DNA of 11,738 nucleotides from a bacterium (GTDB lineage Bacteria > Hinthialibacterota > Hinthialibacteria > Hinthialibacterales > Hinthialibacteraceae). Location of the stretch: the NCBI GenBank assembly GCA_041946805.1, contig JBHGBC010000178.1, forward strand, positions 1-11,738, written 5' to 3'. Positions within the stretch are counted from its first letter, which is position 1, and each line of letters starts with the position of its first letter. The notes under the pieces were generated by a model. The model had not been told where the DNA came from. It worked only from the letters and a program-made list of their open reading frames with translations, and made no database searches. Positions 7,092 through 11,738 of this stretch are shown in pieces. A program made the translations under genes and the position numbers.

Positions 7092-7119
7092 GCACTTCGC
7101 CGAACCATCCCGTGCGCGT

Positions 7120-8850
7120 CTACTTCCGGGGAATCACGGGCAGAATGATGTGCGATGGATATTGATCATTGTGATGGATCGTCTGAGTGGCCTTGAATAG
7201 TTCCGTATCGGTCCCGAATTCCTTTCCGCTGTTGGGATTGCGGTCGAAGCGGGGGAAATTGCTGCTGGAGACTTCGACGCGAATGCGGTGTCCGGGCAGG
7301 AAGACGTTGCTGGTCACCCATAGATCGATCTCGTATTGGTAAACCTGGCCGGGTTCGATCAAGGACTCGCCCTTGGCGGCATCACGATACCGGGCGCGGA
7401 TGATTCCTTCGCAGAGGTTGTACGCCTTGCCGCCGGGATGAACATCCACCAGTTTGGCGGTGAAATCGGTGTCCCGCGCGGAGGAGGAAGCGTAGAGAAT
7501 CATTTTCACCGGACCGGTGACTTCGAGCGGCTCGTTCAGCATGCCGCTGGTGTAGACCAACACGTCGTCCCGTTCCTCGAGTTTTTGTTGGTTGTACGGC
7601 CCGGCGGGAGCGCCGACCAGGTTGTTGCCGCCCAGCGAGGGCACGGGATTGTTGGGATCATAGACGAAGGTATCGGAATTTTCGGTTTGGGGCGCGGTCT
7701 CGCAGAGGGAGCCGTCGCCGTGGCGGGTGTTGGCCTTGCCCTGGCTATGGAAGTAATACTTCGTGAATTGGGTCCGGGCCAGGGGCCACTCGTATTCCGC
7801 CCGCCATTGGTTTTCGCCCATGACGTAGAGATAATAGGGCGGCCAGTCCTTGACGGGGGTATCCTTCCCTTTCAGCCAATACTCAAACCACTGGAACTGC
7901 ATATCGCCCAGGTCGATTTTGGCGTTGCTGAATTCGAGCTCGCCGACTTTCTCCTTGTTCACGCCGTGATCCCAAGGCCCCAGGATGGCGAACTGGTTGC
8001 GGCGGATGGCGACCTCCCGGGATTCCTGCCGCACGCGGGTGACCATTTCCACCGTGGCCTTGGAGAAAATGTCATACCAGCCGCCGATGTTAAGGATGGG
8101 GACGGCGATGTCCGCGTAGCGGTTGTCGATGCCGCGCTGTTTCCAATAATCATCGTACGTGGGGTGGGCGATCCAATCGCGCAGGTAGAAGATTTCATGC
8201 CCCAGGCAATCGTCCCAGGTTTTGAGGGGCAGGTATTTGTAGGCTTCCTCCAGTTTGATCTTCGCGGGATCCATCGGGATGCCGGAAACCGCGGCGCCCC
8301 AGCCCATGGAGAGCGCCAGTTGAAACGCGCCGCCGGCGTACATGACCTCGTACGCGTTATTGAACGGGACGATGGGCACCATGGCTTTCAACGCGGGAGG
8401 GTTGAAAGGCGCGGGAGCCCACTGGGTGTATCCGACATACGAGCCTCCCATGGCGCCGATTTTGCCGTTGGACCAGGGCTGCTTGCTGATCCAATCCTGG
8501 GTGTCGTACCCGTCCTGGGGATCGTACCGGAAGGGATCCCAGGTCCCCTTGGAATCGCCTTTCCCCCGGCAATCCTGGATGACAAAGGCATAGCCGGCGC
8601 TGGCGTATTTGATCCCGTCGCCGTTCTTTTCATCGGATTTGCCGTAGGGCGAACGGATCAGGATGGCGGGGAAGGGGCCGTCCCCCTGGGGAAGAAAGAT
8701 ATTGGCGGCCAATTCGACGCCGTCCCGCATGGGGATCAGGACGTTCTTTTGGAACGTGTACGCGCTTTCCTCGCTCCACACGGGCCATTGCGAGGTGAGG
8801 AGAAATACCAGCAACAAGCCTTTCAGGAACCACGATGGGCAGGATTTCAT
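7120..8850 (-). CDS. Secreted CocE/NonD family alpha/beta hydrolase (peptidase S15 fold with C-terminal PepX_C-like domain)
   Basis: 576-aa ORF; AGGAG RBS; signal peptide. Motifs: IPMRDGVELAA, ILIRSPYGK, QDCRGKGDS.G, nucleophile GGSYVG, GGWYD (acid), GPWDH (His), DTDFTAKLVDV and RIRVEVSSSNFPRFDRN. Confidence 0.95.
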   Translation of the reverse strand: MKSCPSWFLKGLLLVFLLTSQWPVWSEESAYTFQKNVLIPMRDGVELAANIFLPQGDGPFPAILIRSPYGKSDEKNGDGIKYASAGYAFVIQDCRGKGDSKGTWDPFRYDPQDGYDTQDWISKQPWSNGKIGAMGGSYVGYTQWAPAPFNPPALKAMVPIVPFNNAYEVMYAGGAFQLALSMGWGAAVSGIPMDPAKIKLEEAYKYLPLKTWDDCLGHEIFYLRDWIAHPTYDDYWKQRGIDNRYADIAVPILNIGGWYDIFSKATVEMVTRVRQESREVAIRRNQFAILGPWDHGVNKEKVGELEFSNAKIDLGDMQFQWFEYWLKGKDTPVKDWPPYYLYVMGENQWRAEYEWPLARTQFTKYYFHSQGKANTRHGDGSLCETAPQTENSDTFVYDPNNPVPSLGGNNLVGAPAGPYNQQKLEERDDVLVYTSGMLNEPLEVTGPVKMILYASSSARDTDFTAKLVDVHPGGKAYNLCEGIIRARYRDAAKGESLIEPGQVYQYEIDLWVTSNVFLPGHRIRVEVSSSNFPRFDRNPNSGKEFGTDTELFKATQTIHHNDQYPSHIILPVIPRK

Positions 8851-9003
8851 GTTTGGACTCCTTCTGAAAAGAATATGATGTCGCCACTTTCCAGCCTTAC
8901 GGTTTTATCACAGCGCGGGGGGATTTTGGAGAGTGGAAGCAGGATTAATCGTAGAAGGGGGCAGCGGCTCCAGTCCGCCCGCCAGTCATGCGCGGGAGTC
9001 TGG

Positions 9004-9031
9004 TTGAACCCGCTTCGGCCCTGGCTAGAAT
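9004..9031 (+). promoter_or_regulatory. Candidate sigma70 promoter for yhhQ
   Basis: TTGAAC (9004-9009), N16, TAGAAT (9026-9031), about 60 nt upstream of the ATG at 9092. Confidence 0.4.
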
Positions 9032-9091
9032 AGCCCCATCCCAATTTGTAACCGGGCCGTGTTTACCATCCTGATTCCCTCGTGGAGAACG

Positions 9092-9811
9092 ATGCAAAAA
9101 ATATCGAAGCGGGAACTGGTTTTCATCATCCTGGGCGGCGTCTTCATCACCAACGCGGTTCTGGGCGAAGTGATCGGGGGCAAGCTGATCCAGGCCGGTC
9201 CCTTCACCATGAGCATCGGCGTGATTCCCTGGCCGGTGGTGTTTGTCACGTCGGACCTGGTCAACGAATATTTCGGGAAAAAGGGTGTCCGGCAGTTGAC
9301 GTTTCTGACCGCGGCCCTCGTCGTTTATGCCTTTATCGTGCTTTTCCTGGCGATGGGCGTCCCGGCCGCGCCGGTGTCGCCGGTGACGGATGCGGCGTTT
9401 TCCATGGTGTTTTCGCAATCGCAGTGGATCATCGCGGGGAGCCTGACGGCGTTCCTGGTCAGCCAGTTCGTCGACGTGTTCGTGTTCTGGATTTTCCGGG
9501 GCTGGACCGGCGGGAGGAAACTCTGGCTGCGCGCCACCGGGTCCACCGCGGTGTCGCAGTTCATCGACAGTTTCGTGATCACGGCGATCGCCTTTTGGCT
9601 GCCGGGCAAGCTGACCGCCGGCCAGTTCATGTCCCTGGCCGTGATCAACTATGCGTACAAGTTCATCCTCGCCGTGGTGATGACCCCCCTGATTTACCTT
9701 TTTCACGCGCTGATCGAACGGTTCCTGGGCGAGGAACTCTCGCATCAGCTGGTCGAAAACGCGGCGCGGGAATCGAGCCTCCAACCGGTGGCCATCCTGG
9801 CTCAGGAGTGA
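9092..9811 (+). CDS. yhhQ: Queuosine precursor (preQ0/preQ1) transporter, YhhQ / VUT / COG1738 family
   Basis: Hydrophobic ~239-aa ORF with family motifs GKLI, GVIPWPVVFVTSDLVNEYFGKK, IIAGSLTAFLVSQFVDVFVF, KLWLRATGSTAVSQFIDSFV and YAYKF...TPLIY. Start placed at ATG 9092 (GGAGA at 9084-9088) rather than GTG 9059. Confidence 0.92.
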   Translation: MQKISKRELVFIILGGVFITNAVLGEVIGGKLIQAGPFTMSIGVIPWPVVFVTSDLVNEYFGKKGVRQLTFLTAALVVYAFIVLFLAMGVPAAPVSPVTDAAFSMVFSQSQWIIAGSLTAFLVSQFVDVFVFWIFRGWTGGRKLWLRATGSTAVSQFIDSFVITAIAFWLPGKLTAGQFMSLAVINYAYKFILAVVMTPLIYLFHALIERFLGEELSHQLVENAARESSLQPVAILAQE

Positions 9812-9850
9812 AGGGCATTTCTTCCCGGGGGAAATCCCATGGAGAAGCGC

Positions 9851-9899
9851 TTGCCTTGGGGAATCATATCAGTATAATAGCATGTTATTAGATTAATAA
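9851..9899 (+). promoter_or_regulatory. Sigma70 promoter plus palindromic operator upstream of the small Cys-rich gene
   Basis: TTGCCT (9851-9856), N16, TATAAT (9873-9878). The inverted repeat TTATTA-GAT-TAATAA (9885-9899) lies over the predicted +1. Confidence 0.6.
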
Positions 9900-9998
9900 G
9901 GCTTGACTGTGCCGGCTCCGAGTCTGCCGGGTGATAAGCAGGCCGCTCGATCCATCGGGAAGGGGAAAAAATCGATCCGCGAGGTTTAAAGTTCCATC

Positions 9999-10211
9999 AT
10001 GGCCTGGAGTTGCCCCCATTTGGATGAAGGATATTGTCATTTGCGTGCGAAGATTTGCGTTCCCGCGGTGAAGGGGTGCGTTTTGGAAGGCAAGGTGAAA
10101 CTGGCGGGGACCCGGATGGGACAGCGGGGCGGTCCGGATTCAGCAGAAGAAGCCGAAGCCTGGGTGGCGCCCGGGAACGGGGATAATAAGGGTGGAGAGG
10201 AAATTGGGTGA
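9999..10211 (+). CDS. Small Cys/His-rich putative metal- or Fe-S-binding protein
   Basis: 70 aa; pattern W-S-C-P-H-x5-C-x6-C-x-P-x3-G-C-V-L-x-G-K-V followed by a low-complexity tail. Has its own upstream promoter; GAGG at 9981-9984 (spacing somewhat long); occupies an otherwise empty gap. Confidence 0.7.
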   Translation: MAWSCPHLDEGYCHLRAKICVPAVKGCVLEGKVKLAGTRMGQRGGPDSAEEAEAWVAPGNGDNKGGEEIG

Positions 10212-10355
10212 ACGATTGGTGACCGGTGGATGACTTTATTCAGCGGCCGGAACTCCCTGCCGGAATACGGATCCCCTCTCCCTGGGAGGCGGATTATCCG
10301 CATAATATAAGGGCGTGTGGTGAGATCCGCCTATCCCATTACGCCGGTGCGAGCG

Positions 10356-11474
10356 ATGAAACCGGAGTGTCCATTTCTTTTTTCCTTTGTGATTGGCCGC
10401 ACGCGGTCATTGAGTATCGCGCGATGGATCTTTACCGGCCTGATCGGGCTCTCCGGATTCGGAATCTGGGATACGGGCCGGTGTTCCGGAGCGGAATCCG
10501 AACCGGTATCGCGTAATGAGATCCCCGCCGCGGCCGGGGAATACCGCGATATTCTGCCACGTTTCGAGGCGTACGATGTCATCCTGAAACCCGACAAGCA
10601 GGAGCCGGAATGGTGGGCGGGCGCGCCGTCGGTGGTCCGCGGCGCGCAGGGCGTGTTCTGGCTGGCGTGCCGGATGCGCGACGCCATCTCACCCCGGGGA
10701 CTGCGGGGATATGAGATCCGGATTCTGCGAAGCGAGGATGGCGTGCATTTTCAAACCGCTCACCGCATTCCCCGCGAAGCCGTGCCGATTCCCGGTTTCG
10801 AACGTCCCGCGCTGGTGATCGATCCCTATTCGGGGAAATTCAAGTTGTATGCCTGCGGGCCGTGGCAAAGCGGCCCCTGGTCGATCATCCGGTTCGATGA
10901 CGCGGATGATCCGGCCCGGATCGAACCCGCTTCCGCCCGGGTGGTCATCGCGCCGTACGACAAATCCTTTCCCCGCGACGCGCCGCCCGAGGGATACAAG
11001 GATCCATTCATTTATCATGCGGAAGGCCGCTTTCATGCCTATGTCATCGGCCAGGTGCGCGGGACCGAGCGGATTTACCATTTCATCAGTGGGGATGGGG
11101 AGCAATGGCAATCGGCGGGCCGGCCGTACGCACCGATCATGGACTTGGCGGGCTGGCATAATTTCTTCGTGCGCCCGGCGAGTGTCGTCCCCCTGGGGAT
11201 CGGCTATTTGTTCATCTATGAGGGATCGAACGTTGAATGGCGCGATCCGGTGTACAACATCGGCACCGGGCTGGGCTTCACGTTTGACTTGCACCAGATC
11301 CGGGATTTGACTCCGGACGCGCCGCTTCTTCTCAGCACGACTCCCGGCCATTTCCACACCTTCCGGTATTCACACTGGCTGAAAGTGGACCGGGAACTCT
11401 GGGTGTACGCGGAAGTGGCCAATCCCGACGACACCCACGAGATCCGGCTGTACCGGGCGGCGATGGACCGGTAG
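10356..11474 (+). CDS. Probably exported five-bladed beta-propeller protein of the GH43/GH32/GH130-like superfamily
   Basis: Repeated blade-start motifs WAGAPSVV, FERPALVI, YKDPFIY and VRPASVV; SEDG.HF and SGDG.QW Asp-box-like turns; hydrophobic N-terminal segment. Start uncertain (GTG 10317 or ATG 10356). Confidence 0.75.
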   Translation: MKPECPFLFSFVIGRTRSLSIARWIFTGLIGLSGFGIWDTGRCSGAESEPVSRNEIPAAAGEYRDILPRFEAYDVILKPDKQEPEWWAGAPSVVRGAQGVFWLACRMRDAISPRGLRGYEIRILRSEDGVHFQTAHRIPREAVPIPGFERPALVIDPYSGKFKLYACGPWQSGPWSIIRFDDADDPARIEPASARVVIAPYDKSFPRDAPPEGYKDPFIYHAEGRFHAYVIGQVRGTERIYHFISGDGEQWQSAGRPYAPIMDLAGWHNFFVRPASVVPLGIGYLFIYEGSNVEWRDPVYNIGTGLGFTFDLHQIRDLTPDAPLLLSTTPGHFHTFRYSHWLKVDRELWVYAEVANPDDTHEIRLYRAAMDR

Positions 11475-11543
11475 GTTGGTGGCGGAGTTTTCTTGGAGGA
11501 TGTAACCATCCCGGGGGAGAGGGAATTGAAAAGGGAGGGAATT

Positions 11544-11584
11544 GTCTGAATCCGGATGGCCGGGATGAACAAGATGACCAGGAT
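11544..11584 (+). repeat. 41-bp dispersed repeat with 9-nt periodicity, copy 2
   Basis: GTCTGAATCCGGATGGCCGGGATGAACAAGATGACCAGGAT; 4 substitutions relative to 6973-7013. A partial inverted arm GTTCATCCGGC lies at 11617-11627. Confidence 0.85.
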
Positions 11585-11651
11585 TTTCACAAATGACATT
11601 TCTGGACATGATTTTGGTTCATCCGGCAAGTGCGTACCTCCGGCGCTATAG

Positions 11652-11701
11652 GCCCAGGGTTAAAATCCTGGGCTGCTGAAAAGCCGTCCCCTGAAGGGGA
11701 C
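11652..11701. repeat. Paired-hairpin REP-like element (GCCCAGGG...CCTGGGC plus GTCCCC...GGGGAC)
   Basis: GCCCAGGGTTAAAATCCTGGGC (11652-11673) and GTCCCC-TGAA-GGGGAC (11686-11701). Confidence 0.6.
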
Positions 11702-11738
11702 TCCCATGAAGGCAAGACGCCAACCAATTCCAGAGAAG

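Noticed and set aside
7336..9033. 565-aa plus-strand ORF opposite the CocE/NonD gene
   Set aside because: Antisense shadow expected from GC-biased codon usage; no recognisable motifs, whereas the minus-strand protein has a full catalytic triad.
9914..9966. Possible Moco RNA motif (CTCCGAG...GGGAAGG) in the microprotein leader
   Set aside because: Lacks the CCUAAG/UAUGG receptor, the GNRA stem and the GCCUCCC element.
11216..11629. Minus-strand ORFs with periodic sequences (ILVILFIPAIRIQT; NPGHLVHPGHPDSDN)
   Set aside because: The periodicity comes from the 9-nt DNA repeat, and the ORFs overlap the propeller gene antisense.

Overview
GC-rich bacterial chromosomal window with eight likely genes: a secreted GH9-fold protein (-), a secreted tandem-SH3b protein (+), a B12-binding radical SAM enzyme (+), a TerC/Alx membrane protein (+), a secreted CocE/NonD hydrolase (-), a YhhQ-family queuosine-precursor transporter (+), a 70-aa Cys-rich protein (+) and a beta-propeller glycoside-hydrolase-like protein (+). 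I see no rRNA, tRNA, CRISPR array or transposase. The points most worth following up are: (1) the GH9 has its catalytic acid replaced (E to Q) and a degenerate His-His-Arg loop while structural motifs are intact, suggesting a pseudo-enzyme; (2) the ~250-nt terC leader has a promoter, an intrinsic terminator and a mutually exclusive antiterminator, but no clean match to the expected yybP-ykoY riboswitch; (3) the small Cys/His protein has its own promoter and an overlapping palindromic operator; (4) the spacers downstream of genes are mosaics of several unrelated REP-like repeats, including a 41-bp repeat with 9-nt periodicity present twice. All family calls are by-eye motif recognition; no searches or folding were run.
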